Source of the DNA: a virus
Lineage: Duplodnaviria > Caudoviricetes
Strand: one strand, 5' to 3'
Virus record (IMG/VR): IMGVR_UViG_3300021400_000761
Coordinates: 24,094 to 88,093 of that record
DNA: 64,000 nt
Shown: piece by piece, positions 1 through 9,471 of the stretch
Numbering within the stretch: position 1 is the first letter of the stretch
How the letters are laid out: every line of letters begins with the position of its first letter
Position numbers and translations under genes: made by a program
Notes under the pieces: generated by a model
What the model saw: only the letters and a program-made list of their open reading frames with translations
Told to the model about the DNA's origin: nothing
Databases searched by the model: none

Positions 1-2
1 AG

Positions 3-455
3 AAGTGGCCAAAATGTGATTGGGCAATTACTAGAAATGTCGAGAATATTTTGAAGCATGAACGAAATTTTTGGTTAAATCTAGAAGTTATAAACTATCC
101 AGATTTTAAACCTAGATTATATTGTTCTTCAAGAGTTAATAGTAAAAATTGGACACGAGAATTTTTAAAACGTAATAAATTTCCTAGTAGTCCGTTATAC
201 CAAATTCCTGGATACAAAATTAGTAAAGCTGAAACAATCAGAGGTAAAGTAGATGTATTTATTGATGATTCGATTCACAATTTTATTGATTTAAATTCTA
301 AAGGAATTCCTTGTCTACTTATGAACTCCGAGTTTAATAAGGATTGGAAGTTTGGAGGTAGAATATACTCACTTAAGTATGAAGATATTGTAAAAGAGTA
401 TAATGACTTTATGTTAAACATATTTCCTAATTTTAAAAATTATATAAATGATTAA
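3..455 (+). CDS. 5'-truncated HAD-superfamily protein, NT5C/5'-nucleotidase-like
   Basis: Frame is open from the window edge (KWPKCDWAITRNVENILKHERNFW...). The C-terminal VDVFIDDSIHN resembles HAD motif IV. Ends TAA. Confidence 0.55.
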   Translation, partial: KWPKCDWAITRNVENILKHERNFWLNLEVINYPDFKPRLYCSSRVNSKNWTREFLKRNKFPSSPLYQIPGYKISKAETIRGKVDVFIDDSIHNFIDLNSKGIPCLLMNSEFNKDWKFGGRIYSLKYEDIVKEYNDFMLNIFPNFKNYIND

Positions 456-1476
456 GTTACAACCAATTTATGAAACTCTAGCATTTAAAGATATAAGCGA
501 TGAAACTTATTTTAGCTCAGAGTATTGTGAATATGTAAGTAATAGCAAATTGAGTTTAATCAATCCTGATCAAGGAGGTAGTGTAGAAAAATTTAAAGAG
601 GGATTCAAAGCAAGCTCAGATTCTTTAATCCTGGGATCGGCCGTTCATGAGCTAATATTACAGCCAGAAGAGTTTGAGCTTAATGAACAAGTCGATAGAC
701 CTACAGCTAAGTTAGGAATGATGGCTGATAAACTATTTCCTGTATTTAAAGCTAAGAAAGATGTAACACACGATGATGTTATTAGAGCTAGTGATGAAGT
801 CAACTATTATAAAGGTAAGATGACTAAAGAAAAAATTGAGAACGTTGTTAATAGTTGTATTGATTATTGGCAATATCGAGTGTTACATGATATTAAAGTT
901 CCTGAAGATAGAAAGGAACAGATTTATCTCGATCCGAAAAGTCGAGAGAAATGTAAAGCTTGTGTTCAATCTTTGATGGATAATAAGGATGTTCAAAATT
1001 TATTGCATCCTACTGGGATATTTGAAGATCCTATTTCTATGAATGAAGCTGCTTTATTTATTGACTTCAAGGCGATAGATACTGAGACAGGAAAAAGTAC
1101 CATTCTTAAATTTAAAGCAAAGTTAGATAATTTTACAGTCGATCTTGAGAATAATGCATTAGTTCTTAATGATTTAAAGACTACTGGACATTATCTTCCA
1201 AAATTCAGAGATAGTATGGATACTTATCATTATTGGAGACAAATGGGTGCTTATAGTTGGTTAATGAAGGCTTGGTGTATGAAAAACTATAACATGAAAT
1301 CTGTTGATAGTCTTCAAGCAAATATGTTAGTAGTAAGTACTATTCCCGAGTTTAAGTCTGGAGTATTTAGAGTAGATAAGGAAAAACTAGTTGAAGGTTG
1401 GAGAGAGTATGTAAGGCTGATGAAACTAGTTGCAGAATTATATATCTCTGAAAATAATACTGGTTATGTCTTATGA
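448..1476 (+). CDS. PD-(D/E)XK exonuclease (DUF3799 / RecE-exoVIII-like)
   Basis: Motifs LILGSAVHELIL, KAKLDNF, NDLKTT and YWRQMGAY; 342 aa. Confidence 0.8.
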   Translation: MIKLQPIYETLAFKDISDETYFSSEYCEYVSNSKLSLINPDQGGSVEKFKEGFKASSDSLILGSAVHELILQPEEFELNEQVDRPTAKLGMMADKLFPVFKAKKDVTHDDVIRASDEVNYYKGKMTKEKIENVVNSCIDYWQYRVLHDIKVPEDRKEQIYLDPKSREKCKACVQSLMDNKDVQNLLHPTGIFEDPISMNEAALFIDFKAIDTETGKSTILKFKAKLDNFTVDLENNALVLNDLKTTGHYLPKFRDSMDTYHYWRQMGAYSWLMKAWCMKNYNMKSVDSLQANMLVVSTIPEFKSGVFRVDKEKLVEGWREYVRLMKLVAELYISENNTGYVL

Positions 1477-1804
1477 AGAATTAAAAGATCTGTATAGTAG
1501 AACTTTTGCTCTAAGTTATCTAAATACATCTATCGAAGAAAGACTTGCAGTTGTTGGATTGATATGTAACGTTACTCATCAGCTTCAAATGAAGAAGCCT
1601 GGAGTAACTTGCTATCAAGTAATTATGAAAATTATGGAAAATTGTGATATGGTAGACTCAATGCGAGAATTTTTAACCGCATTATCTATTATGTGTGAAG
1701 ATACCATGCATAATTGTTCCGAATTTTCAGATTTTGGTATTAAAGAAGGTAAAAAACAAGTAGCAAAAATAAAAGAAATTTTATCTACTTGGCTACCTTT
1801 TTAA
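1466..1804 (+). CDS. hypothetical protein
   Basis: ATG at 1466 overlaps the end of the upstream gene; 112 aa; ends TAA. Confidence 0.7.
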   Translation: MSYEELKDLYSRTFALSYLNTSIEERLAVVGLICNVTHQLQMKKPGVTCYQVIMKIMENCDMVDSMREFLTALSIMCEDTMHNCSEFSDFGIKEGKKQVAKIKEILSTWLPF

Positions 1805-1824
1805 CAAATTTTAAGTGTTTTATA

Positions 1825-1856
1825 TTTGGCTGGTCTCAAAATTTATATTATATTTG
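1825..1856 (+). promoter_or_regulatory. Bacteroidota-type housekeeping-sigma promoter (-33 TTTG / -7 TAnnTTTG)
   Basis: TTTG at 1825-1828, a 20-nt spacer, then TATATTTG at 1849-1856, in an intergenic gap upstream of the 1962 gene. Confidence 0.7.
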
Positions 1857-1961
1857 TAATACAAACAATGAGACAAAAGTCTTATATAAATTTGAGAAGA
1901 AATAGTGTAGAGTTTTATCTCTACATAAAGTATTATTAATTTTTTAAAATGTTAATGTTTT

Positions 1962-2501
1962 ATGACAATGACTAATTTCAAACAAGTAGAGGCTAAGGCC
2001 TACAACAAAGAGGAAGCTTTTGAGCAGTTCCCATTTAATGTTCAACTTCAGGGTGCTGATTGCACGCAGGCATGGAAAAATGCTGGTAAGCCTATGACTG
2101 GCACAGCGTTGAAGGAGTTTATGGCTGAGCAACTTCAGAAGAAGACTCGGTTCAGCGCTGGTAATGGTTGCTATATCGTAGTTGAAAGCGGTGTCGCTGA
2201 TACTCGTGAGCGTCCTTATACCTTCGAGAATGTTAAGACTGACGGTAAGCGTAAGTTTACTAAGGTTATTGAGCTAATCAATCCTGAGACTAATGAGATT
2301 CTTGCTAAGAGTTATGGTACTAAGGATGAAGCTGAGAAGGTCGCAAAGGCTTTGTATACCGATAAGGGTTATAAGGGCAATATCAATGGTGTGATTAAGC
2401 ACGATGTTACTGAGGGTGAGCCTCTAGCATTTAAGGTTACTTATACTCCTAGTAAGAACGCTAAGCTTGGTACTTACATTGGCTTTGGTGTTGAGGCATA
2501 A
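1962..2501 (+). CDS. uncharacterised, probably highly expressed protein (179 aa)
   Basis: Clean ORF with strong codon bias (AAG, GAG, GGT, CGT, GCT), flanked by its own promoter and terminator. Confidence 0.85.
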   Translation: MTMTNFKQVEAKAYNKEEAFEQFPFNVQLQGADCTQAWKNAGKPMTGTALKEFMAEQLQKKTRFSAGNGCYIVVESGVADTRERPYTFENVKTDGKRKFTKVIELINPETNEILAKSYGTKDEAEKVAKALYTDKGYKGNINGVIKHDVTEGEPLAFKVTYTPSKNAKLGTYIGFGVEA

Positions 2502-2523
2502 TTAACCCAAGATTTTTTTATTT

Positions 2524-2560
2524 AGAGAGTCAGATTTGAGATAAATCTGGCTCTCTTTTT
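2524..2560 (+). terminator. intrinsic terminator
   Basis: 14-bp stem AGAGAGTCAGATTT / AAATCTGGCTCTCT (one G-U pair), 5-nt loop, followed by a T-run. Confidence 0.85.
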
Positions 2561-2600
2561 ATTTATTAACCGCAGAAATGTGTTATCTATAAAGTCAGTA

Positions 2601-3197
2601 ATGAAAAAAATTAATTTTATTAAAACGTATACTCATAAACAATTTATAGCGAGTATAACTAGATTTGGTAATTATAAAGAAGCTGAAATTGAGACTACTT
2701 ATAATAATTCCTATATAGCTACAACAGCAGGAGAACTTGAAGTTGTAAAACGTAGAAATAGTGACGGTATCATTAGTTATATAGACGATGAAGGAATGGT
2801 TTATTCTTGGATTCAAGAAACTAAAAACGGACGATATACTAAAATCACTAAATCAATGCTTAAAACATCTGAACAATATGCACAAGGATTATATTACTAT
2901 TTTTATAACTTTGAGTTTGCAAATATAAAAAGTCCAGTTATTGGGATTATTGGTAATACTGAGAATTATTATAGTTATATAATTCTTAACGAAAATACAG
3001 AATTATTAGATCAATTAAGACCTCTTTATAGAGATACCAGAGTTAAATCAGCTTGTCATGTTAAAGAAGATAAAAGGATAATTAACCTTATTCAACAAGC
3101 AATTAATAAAGGAACGTTGAATATTCATCTTAAAGAGTTAACAAGTACAGACGATTTAACTAAAATATATAATAAAGTCATAAATTATGGATATTGA
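2601..3197 (+). CDS. hypothetical protein
   Basis: ATG at 2601 in the supplied 2580 ORF; overlaps the next gene. Confidence 0.7.
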   Translation: MKKINFIKTYTHKQFIASITRFGNYKEAEIETTYNNSYIATTAGELEVVKRRNSDGIISYIDDEGMVYSWIQETKNGRYTKITKSMLKTSEQYAQGLYYYFYNFEFANIKSPVIGIIGNTENYYSYIILNENTELLDQLRPLYRDTRVKSACHVKEDKRIINLIQQAINKGTLNIHLKELTSTDDLTKIYNKVINYGY

Positions 3198-3969
3198 ATA
3201 TGCACAATTGATGTCGGGCAAACCGACAATTATTAAAAACAAGAATTATTTTGCAACTGCTCAGTATGTTAATCCTTTCTTTGATAGATTAAGTAAGTAT
3301 ACTGATGATTTTAGAATTCATGTACAAACTCCAGACCAGATTACTCTTACTACTGATGGAGAACAAAACCTTGAAGATTTAACTTATAATCGTGTTTATA
3401 TTGAAGCGGTAATGCCGGATTCAATGTGTTATAACAATCACGATCGTGTAATCGGTATGATTATTGGTCTTGATGTTCGTAAACCAGTTGCTAAATTTTA
3501 TAATGGTGCAATGAATTCTGCTTGTACAAATCTTTGTGTGTTTAATCCTGCATATTTGGATTGTCAAGCAATAGAGCCTGAAACTCCAATTGATTTTAAG
3601 CCACTTGATAGATTATTGCAATTGCAAGATGACACTCGTGAAACGCTTGAAATCCTTCATAATACAAATTTTGAAAATAGCGTGTTTGAACAAGAAAACC
3701 ATCTTGGTAAATGGATTAGAAATTCTATGTCTAGTTCATATAATAGCGGATTCCAAGAGGCTAAACTTAGTGCCGATAACGTAATTAGAGCTTATAAACA
3801 GCTATTTAATGAAGAAGATTCTCCTTACTATCAGACAATGAATACTGTAAATATGTTTGATGTATATAATGCCTTTACTCAACAGATAACAAATGCCCGT
3901 GATAAGGGAAAGGATCTTATCAATATGGCAGAGAAAACTTTGTTACTTCGTCAAATCTTAGAGTTCTAA
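3187..3969 (+). CDS. DUF932-like domain protein
   Basis: 260 aa with FYNGAMNSACTNLCVF and a C-terminal FDVYNAFTQQIT pattern typical of DUF932. Confidence 0.6.
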   Translation: MDIEYAQLMSGKPTIIKNKNYFATAQYVNPFFDRLSKYTDDFRIHVQTPDQITLTTDGEQNLEDLTYNRVYIEAVMPDSMCYNNHDRVIGMIIGLDVRKPVAKFYNGAMNSACTNLCVFNPAYLDCQAIEPETPIDFKPLDRLLQLQDDTRETLEILHNTNFENSVFEQENHLGKWIRNSMSSSYNSGFQEAKLSADNVIRAYKQLFNEEDSPYYQTMNTVNMFDVYNAFTQQITNARDKGKDLINMAEKTLLLRQILEF

Positions 3970-3970
3970 T

Positions 3971-6160
3971 ATGACAGTAAACGAATGGTTAAACGGTAAT
4001 CAATTAAGTATCGATATCTGGAACAACAAATATCGATACAAAGATGAAACTCTAGACCAATGGTTTAAACGTGTTAGTGGTGGAGACGAAAATATTGAAA
4101 GATTAATCCGAGAAAAGAAATTCTTATTTGGGGGTCGAACTCTATCTAATAGAGGAACCGATAAAGAAGGATCTTTCTCAAATTGTTATTCTCACGGTTT
4201 TGTAAACGATTCCTTAGAGGATATAATGGATACTGCTCATAATATTGCTATGACTTTTAAGGCGCAAGGAGGACAAGGGTTATCATTATCTAAAATTCGT
4301 CCAAAAGGTGCTTTAATTCATGGACAATTTAAATCAGATGGTATTGTTCCATTTATGGAAATCTTTAATAGAGTAACTGAATCAATTAGTCAAGGTGGTA
4401 GTCGTAAAGGTGCTCTTCTTATGTCACTTGATATATGGCATCCTGAAGCTAAAGATTTTATTACTATTAAATCTGATTTAAATAAAATTAATAAAGCTAA
4501 TCTATCTCTTGAGATAGATGATGCTTTTATGGAAGCAGTTAAAAGTGGAGTTACAGAGAAAGAATGTACCTTCTATTATAAAGATAAAGTATTCGGCTAT
4601 ACTGTAAATCCTGTAGAACTATTTGATCTTCTCTGTACTTATGCTTGTAAATATGCAGAACCTGGTGTAATCTTTACAGATAGGTTTAGAAATTACAACC
4701 TAATGGAATTTGTACCAGAATATCAAATAGAAACCTGTAATCCATGTGGAGAGCAGCCCTTACCTAGACATGGAGCCTGTAATCTATCTTCTATTAATAT
4801 TTCCGAGTATGTAGTCAATCCGTATACAAAAGAAGCGTATATAGATGTTGATTCTATAAAGGAAGATATGTCTTATATCATTCAAGCGATGGATGATGTG
4901 CTTGAAGAGAATATTGAAAACCATGCACTTGAACAACAGCGGGAGATGGCTTGGAAATATCGTAATATTGGTATTGGTATTATGGGTTTAGCTGACGCTT
5001 TAATAAAAGTTGGAATTAAATATGGTTCTAAAGAAGCAATTGCTACTACTAGCTCTTTGATAAGACATATTTTTAGGTCTGCTGTTATTGAGAGTATAAA
5101 TTTAGCTAAAATTAGAGGTAATTTTCCAGGATATGATCCTAAAGTTTGGGATTCAACTATAATTCAAAATGCGTTTAGTCAAGACGAAGTAACTGCATTT
5201 AAGAAGATTAACCATCTGAGAAATTGCTCATTACTTAGTATTGCTCCAACGGGATCGATAGGTACAATGTTAAATATAAGCACTGGTTGTGAACCTGAAT
5301 TCATGCTTTCGTATAAACGTAGAACCGAATCTTTGAACGGTAAAGAAACTTGGTATGATGTAGAAATTCCAGTTGTTAAAGAATATAAAGAAGTTACTGG
5401 AGATGTTAAACTTCCAAACTATTTTGTAACTGCAGAACAAATTGATTGGGAAAATAGAGTTTCTATGCAAGCAGCTCTACAAGAATTTGTAGATACCGCT
5501 ATAAGTTCAACAGTTAATCTTCCTGCTAATACTACACCAGAAGACATTAAAGGTATTTATATTAAAGCTTGGGAACAAGGACTTAAAGGGATTACAGTTT
5601 ATGTAGATGGAAGTCGTGATGCTATTCTTAGCGCAGATGGTGATAAGAAAGAAGTTAAAACCACAATAGCTAAGAAAAGACCTAAGGAACTCGAAGCCGA
5701 TTTCCATTTAGTTAAAGCTAATGGAGAGCAGTTTATAGTTCTTGTAGGACTTCTTGATAATAAACCTTATGAAGTATTTGCATTTAAACCTAATCTTCAA
5801 GTAAATTTACCTAATCATAAAGGTATAATTACTAAAGAAAGTAAAATGCATTATAGATTTGCTTCCGATAATGTTGTAATCCCAGAACTTGAGCTTGCAA
5901 ATATTAATGTTGAAGAAAGAGCAACTACTTTGTATGCCTCCATGTTACTTAGACATAATGTAGATATTAAGTATATCATTAAAACTGCAAAGAAAGTAAA
6001 TAGTAATATTACTTCATTTACTTCTGCAGTTTGTAGAGTACTTAGTAAGTATATGGCTAAAGAGATTACTGGTGAGAAATGTCCAGAATGTGGTGCAGAC
6101 ATCATCAAAGAAGGAGGTTGCGAACACTGTAGTCAATGTGAATGGAGTAAATGTGAATGA
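3971..6160 (+). CDS. nrdJ: class II (adenosylcobalamin-dependent) ribonucleotide reductase
   Basis: Motifs FLFGGRTL, QGGSRKGA, TCNPCGEQPL, IAPTGSI, AISSTVNLP and KGITVY, plus a C-terminal Zn ribbon (CPECG...GGCEHCSQCEWSKC). Confidence 0.93.
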   Translation: MTVNEWLNGNQLSIDIWNNKYRYKDETLDQWFKRVSGGDENIERLIREKKFLFGGRTLSNRGTDKEGSFSNCYSHGFVNDSLEDIMDTAHNIAMTFKAQGGQGLSLSKIRPKGALIHGQFKSDGIVPFMEIFNRVTESISQGGSRKGALLMSLDIWHPEAKDFITIKSDLNKINKANLSLEIDDAFMEAVKSGVTEKECTFYYKDKVFGYTVNPVELFDLLCTYACKYAEPGVIFTDRFRNYNLMEFVPEYQIETCNPCGEQPLPRHGACNLSSINISEYVVNPYTKEAYIDVDSIKEDMSYIIQAMDDVLEENIENHALEQQREMAWKYRNIGIGIMGLADALIKVGIKYGSKEAIATTSSLIRHIFRSAVIESINLAKIRGNFPGYDPKVWDSTIIQNAFSQDEVTAFKKINHLRNCSLLSIAPTGSIGTMLNISTGCEPEFMLSYKRRTESLNGKETWYDVEIPVVKEYKEVTGDVKLPNYFVTAEQIDWENRVSMQAALQEFVDTAISSTVNLPANTTPEDIKGIYIKAWEQGLKGITVYVDGSRDAILSADGDKKEVKTTIAKKRPKELEADFHLVKANGEQFIVLVGLLDNKPYEVFAFKPNLQVNLPNHKGIITKESKMHYRFASDNVVIPELELANINVEERATTLYASMLLRHNVDIKYIIKTAKKVNSNITSFTSAVCRVLSKYMAKEITGEKCPECGADIIKEGGCEHCSQCEWSKCE

Positions 6161-6450
6161 TTGTAAAAAATATAAATATGATTGTTGATTTAAATAAATA
6201 TTCTACAGAAGATCTTCAAAAAGAATTAGAAAATAGAAACAAACAAGAGTTTTTAAAAAATGTACCTATAGAGTTGCTTGCACAAGAACTTCAAAATAGA
6301 TTAAGAGCGGTTATTAATAAGGTTTATTTAAAACATTTACTAAATGATTATACAGCTTGGAATAATAGACAAGCACTTTATAAAGCATACGATGGATTAA
6401 GTAGTATTGCTAATTATCCATATCTTAAAGAATATTACAATTTATTATGA
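6157..6450 (+). CDS. hypothetical protein
   Basis: 97-aa ORF with an ATGA overlap to nrdJ. Confidence 0.65.
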   Translation: MIVKNINMIVDLNKYSTEDLQKELENRNKQEFLKNVPIELLAQELQNRLRAVINKVYLKHLLNDYTAWNNRQALYKAYDGLSSIANYPYLKEYYNLL

Positions 6451-6617
6451 CTAAGAAAGAAAAGGAACTTTACATGGATGTTGTCCGAACTGTTAGGTCA
6501 GCAAGATCAAGCTTAGCTACTGATATGGCTGATTACGATTGTACTTGGCCTAAACCTATCATAGCGAAACTAGATGAAGCAATTAGATATTTAGTATTAA
6601 TGAAACCAAAGACATGA
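6447..6617 (+). CDS. small hypothetical protein (56 aa, MTKKEKELYMDVVRTV...)
   Basis: Not in the ORF track. Fills the gap with ATGA overlaps at both ends. Confidence 0.65.
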   Translation: MTKKEKELYMDVVRTVRSARSSLATDMADYDCTWPKPIIAKLDEAIRYLVLMKPKT

Positions 6618-7108
6618 TCTTTAATAGTTATCAAAAGGAATTAAGAGACGAGATAATATTTGAAACTTGTCAACTGCTATCAAAATTAAAAGAAGGTAGT
6701 TTAAATTCAAAGACTCTAGAAAATTCTTTAAATAAAATATACAAACGCGCATTAAATCTAGGTATATCGAGTCAATTATATAAAGTAGAATATCAAAAAG
6801 AAACAAACTACGATATATTCAATAAAACGTCAGCGGAAATTAAATTTGATGCGGATTGGTACAGAAAACAAACTAACAAACCAACACGTTATGAAGTATT
6901 TTACACAAAATTTGGAGTCTACCAGTCTATTAATGATGGTTTAATTAGATCTTTAAGAAAGATTGATAATAAACTAAGTGATATTGATAAAAGTATTATT
7001 AAGTTGTTACCAGACAATTATATATACTATTATCCAGGAAGTAAAGCAGATGATAATTTTCTTATGCAAGTTATAGCTGATCTAAGGCAAATCGATGATA
7101 ACTGTTAA
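6614..7108 (+). CDS. hypothetical protein
   Basis: 164-aa ORF, coupled to its neighbours. Confidence 0.7.
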   Translation: MIFNSYQKELRDEIIFETCQLLSKLKEGSLNSKTLENSLNKIYKRALNLGISSQLYKVEYQKETNYDIFNKTSAEIKFDADWYRKQTNKPTRYEVFYTKFGVYQSINDGLIRSLRKIDNKLSDIDKSIIKLLPDNYIYYYPGSKADDNFLMQVIADLRQIDDNC

Positions 7109-7400
7109 ATGTACTTGCAATAATCCTGAATTTTGTAGTCAGATAGTAGATTTAAAAGATCAATTTAATATTGAAGTTGAAGTCTACGATGCTAGGTACT
7201 TTGACACTAAAAAGAAGGGTTATTTAAAATGTAAAAGTGCATTTTCAGCAAGATTAGATCCTTTTGTGGGTATATGGAAAAATAATATACCCATAAAAGG
7301 GTTTTATACAGAAGCTAATGAATGTACTATAGATAATATTGTAAACTATTTAAACGAATTAAATGAAGAAGATTTTTCAGAAGATAATTCCGATGGTTGA
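7095..7400 (+). CDS. hypothetical protein, possibly glutaredoxin/thioredoxin-like fold
   Basis: 101 aa with N-terminal CTC...C and a DPFV cis-Pro-like segment; lies near nrdJ. The fold assignment is weak. Confidence 0.4.
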   Translation: MITVKCTCNNPEFCSQIVDLKDQFNIEVEVYDARYFDTKKKGYLKCKSAFSARLDPFVGIWKNNIPIKGFYTEANECTIDNIVNYLNELNEEDFSEDNSDG

Positions 7401-7725
7401 TGCAAATGTAGAGACTTTATTAGAGGCAAGGATTAGTAATGATTTATCAGAAGAACTTAATAACGCTTTACAAAATTCTAAATGTGGAATAATTCATGTC
7501 AAACACGCTGATACTGGTAAAACTCATTATGGAATTACAGCCGCCTTTGGAGAAGGTATCGGTTGTTATATGAGCAACGAAGACGAATGGTTTACTACAT
7601 CAACAATTAAAAAGATAAATTGGGAAGAAAAATACTTTGAAACATTAAATTCTAAATATTTCTTTGATTTTGAAGAATTAGATTTTCAAGAATTATATAA
7701 CGTAGTATTTGGGATATATGAATAA
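7363..7725 (+). CDS. hypothetical protein
   Basis: 120-aa ORF. Confidence 0.65.
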   Translation: MKKIFQKIIPMVDANVETLLEARISNDLSEELNNALQNSKCGIIHVKHADTGKTHYGITAAFGEGIGCYMSNEDEWFTTSTIKKINWEEKYFETLNSKYFFDFEELDFQELYNVVFGIYE

Positions 7726-8158
7726 TATAACTGTAAAAGTAAAGAAATTAAATGAAAATGCTGTAATTCCTAAGTATATGAGTATAGGTGCTGCCTGTGT
7801 AGATATTACAGCAACTAGTATAGAGTATGATTCTAAAATGAATCGCTTTATATATCATACTGGACTAGCTTTTGAAGTACCTGAGGGATATTATATGGAT
7901 ATCCGACCTAGAAGTAATATGACTAAGAAGCGTTGTTCTATTGTTAATGCTAATGGTACTTTGGATAGTGACTATCGTGGTGAGTTGATAATTGTCATTA
8001 CTAACTTAGATATTGATGATCATGTTCAACCTTATAATGTAGGTGATAGAATTTGTCAAATAATGATTCTTCCTTATCCAACAATCGAATTTGTAGAAGC
8101 TGATGAACTTAGTAATACTACTCGTGGAGAAGGTGGTTTTGGAAGTACTAACAAGTAA
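7718..8158 (+). CDS. dut: trimeric dUTPase
   Basis: Motifs RPRS, GTLDSDYRGEL, GDRICQ and RGEGGFGST. Confidence 0.93.
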   Translation: MNNITVKVKKLNENAVIPKYMSIGAACVDITATSIEYDSKMNRFIYHTGLAFEVPEGYYMDIRPRSNMTKKRCSIVNANGTLDSDYRGELIIVITNLDIDDHVQPYNVGDRICQIMILPYPTIEFVEADELSNTTRGEGGFGSTNK

Positions 8159-8172
8159 ATTTATAGTTAACA

Positions 8173-8544
8173 ATGGGCCTAGACATTTATTTTAACAAGA
8201 CACGTAAAGAAGAAGTTGGTTACTTTCGTAAAGTAAACTTCTTAGTAGGATTTTTTAGTAACATTACAGGAGAAGAAGTACAAAATTTATCTCCAATTGA
8301 AGTTACTAAAGAAGATTGTATGGAATTATTAGGAAGATGTAATGCTGTACTAGAACATAGAACTACAGAAACATCAGAAGAACTTCTTCCTACTTGTCCA
8401 GGATTCTTCTTCGGAAACTATGAATACGATGAATATTATTATCAAGATGTAGAATCCGTAAAGATTTTCTTGGAAAAGAAGTTACTACCAATGTTTAACG
8501 ATTTAAAGTCAGATGAATCTATAACATTTGAAATTTGGTATTGA
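8173..8544 (+). CDS. conserved phage hypothetical protein
   Basis: MGLDIYF...GYFRKVNFL...LPTCPGFFFGNYEYDEYY pattern, which I recognise from other phages; function unknown. Confidence 0.7.
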   Translation: MGLDIYFNKTRKEEVGYFRKVNFLVGFFSNITGEEVQNLSPIEVTKEDCMELLGRCNAVLEHRTTETSEELLPTCPGFFFGNYEYDEYYYQDVESVKIFLEKKLLPMFNDLKSDESITFEIWY

Positions 8545-8546
8545 TT

Positions 8547-8858
8547 ATGACAGAAGATTATTATAAAACATTAAAAGAATTTATTAAATCTAAAATAGAT
8601 AATGAATATAAATTAGAGGTTGTTACTTTTAATTATATTGAAGGTAAACGTGAAGATAATTTGTCTAGTATGATTTATCTATTTAAGACTGATAAAGATT
8701 ATTATTCAATCATAATAAAATGTACTATAGGAGATAAACTTGCTGATGTAACGCCCAACAGTAAAGAATTACCTATTTCGTATTTGAGTATTCCTTATTG
8801 GTTAGATTTAATGTATTGGTTAGGTAGTATGACAAATGAGAAAAGTTTATATAAATAA
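8547..8858 (+). CDS. hypothetical protein
   Basis: ATG at 8547; 103 aa. Confidence 0.6.
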   Translation: MTEDYYKTLKEFIKSKIDNEYKLEVVTFNYIEGKREDNLSSMIYLFKTDKDYYSIIIKCTIGDKLADVTPNSKELPISYLSIPYWLDLMYWLGSMTNEKSLYK

Positions 8859-9060
8859 TCATTATTGTCCGCAAGCAGTAACTGATGATTTATTTGGGTT
8901 TTGGTTTGAACATCCGATGTTTACGACTATAAATACCAGAATTCTTTGTTGGAACAATGTAGTGTATGATTTAGTGTATACAAATCCATATACACAAGAA
9001 TATTATTTTGAGATTTATGAATATACACAGTATTTTCATAAATCTATGGATGATTTTTGA
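8836..9060 (+). CDS. hypothetical protein whose last residues derive from an endonuclease relic
   Basis: 74-aa ORF ending YEYTQYFHKSMDDF-TGA. Confidence 0.5.
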   Translation: MRKVYINNHYCPQAVTDDLFGFWFEHPMFTTINTRILCWNNVVYDLVYTNPYTQEYYFEIYEYTQYFHKSMDDF

Positions 9061-9177
9061 ACACCAAGTAAAAGAGATACCGAATTACGAAACTATTGTC
9101 ACGATAATGGAATAAGATTACTTGAAATTCCATATAGTGTTAAGAATATAAACAAATTTCTAAAAGAACAGTTGTAA
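9016..9177 (+). pseudogene. C-terminal remnant of a Vsr/DUF559-like (homing-type) endonuclease
   Basis: YEYTQYFHKSMDDF[EHQVK]RDTELRNYCHDNGIRLLEIPY...EQL can be rebuilt across a +1 and a -1 frame change. Confidence 0.55.
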
Positions 9178-9471
9178 ATGAAAGCACAAGAATTATTAGA
9201 AATTATTAAAAGTATAGATTATGATAAAATGCATTTATTAATAATGCATCCTATAGATAAAGATGATGTTTATTGTGAAGTGATATCTCAAAAATCCGAA
9301 AAAATTGTATGTAAAATTATAATAAAGTACGAAAACGATAAAATTACAATTTTAAAATGTAAAAATAAAAGCGGATTTGATGAAATAGAAAAGAATTTAG
9401 GGGAATTCACTCTATTTAATCTGATATACTTTATAGCTTTATGTTCACAACTTGAAAATTGTATAGTATGA
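9178..9471 (+). CDS. hypothetical protein
   Basis: 97-aa ORF. Confidence 0.6.
   Translation: MKAQELLEIIKSIDYDKMHLLIMHPIDKDDVYCEVISQKSEKIVCKIIIKYENDKITILKCKNKSGFDEIEKNLGEFTLFNLIYFIALCSQLENCIV

Noticed and set aside
1833-1874. GTCTCA...TGAGAC inverted repeat flanking the -7 element as an operator
   Set aside because: It is only 6 bp with a 30-nt gap and is not repeated at the second promoter, so it is too weak to call.
9058-9060. TGA read-through (second recoding) joining the 8836 ORF to the downstream nuclease-like peptide
   Set aside because: TGA is a normal stop in many genes here. The family-like text (FEHQVK) lies in another frame, which favours compensating indels.
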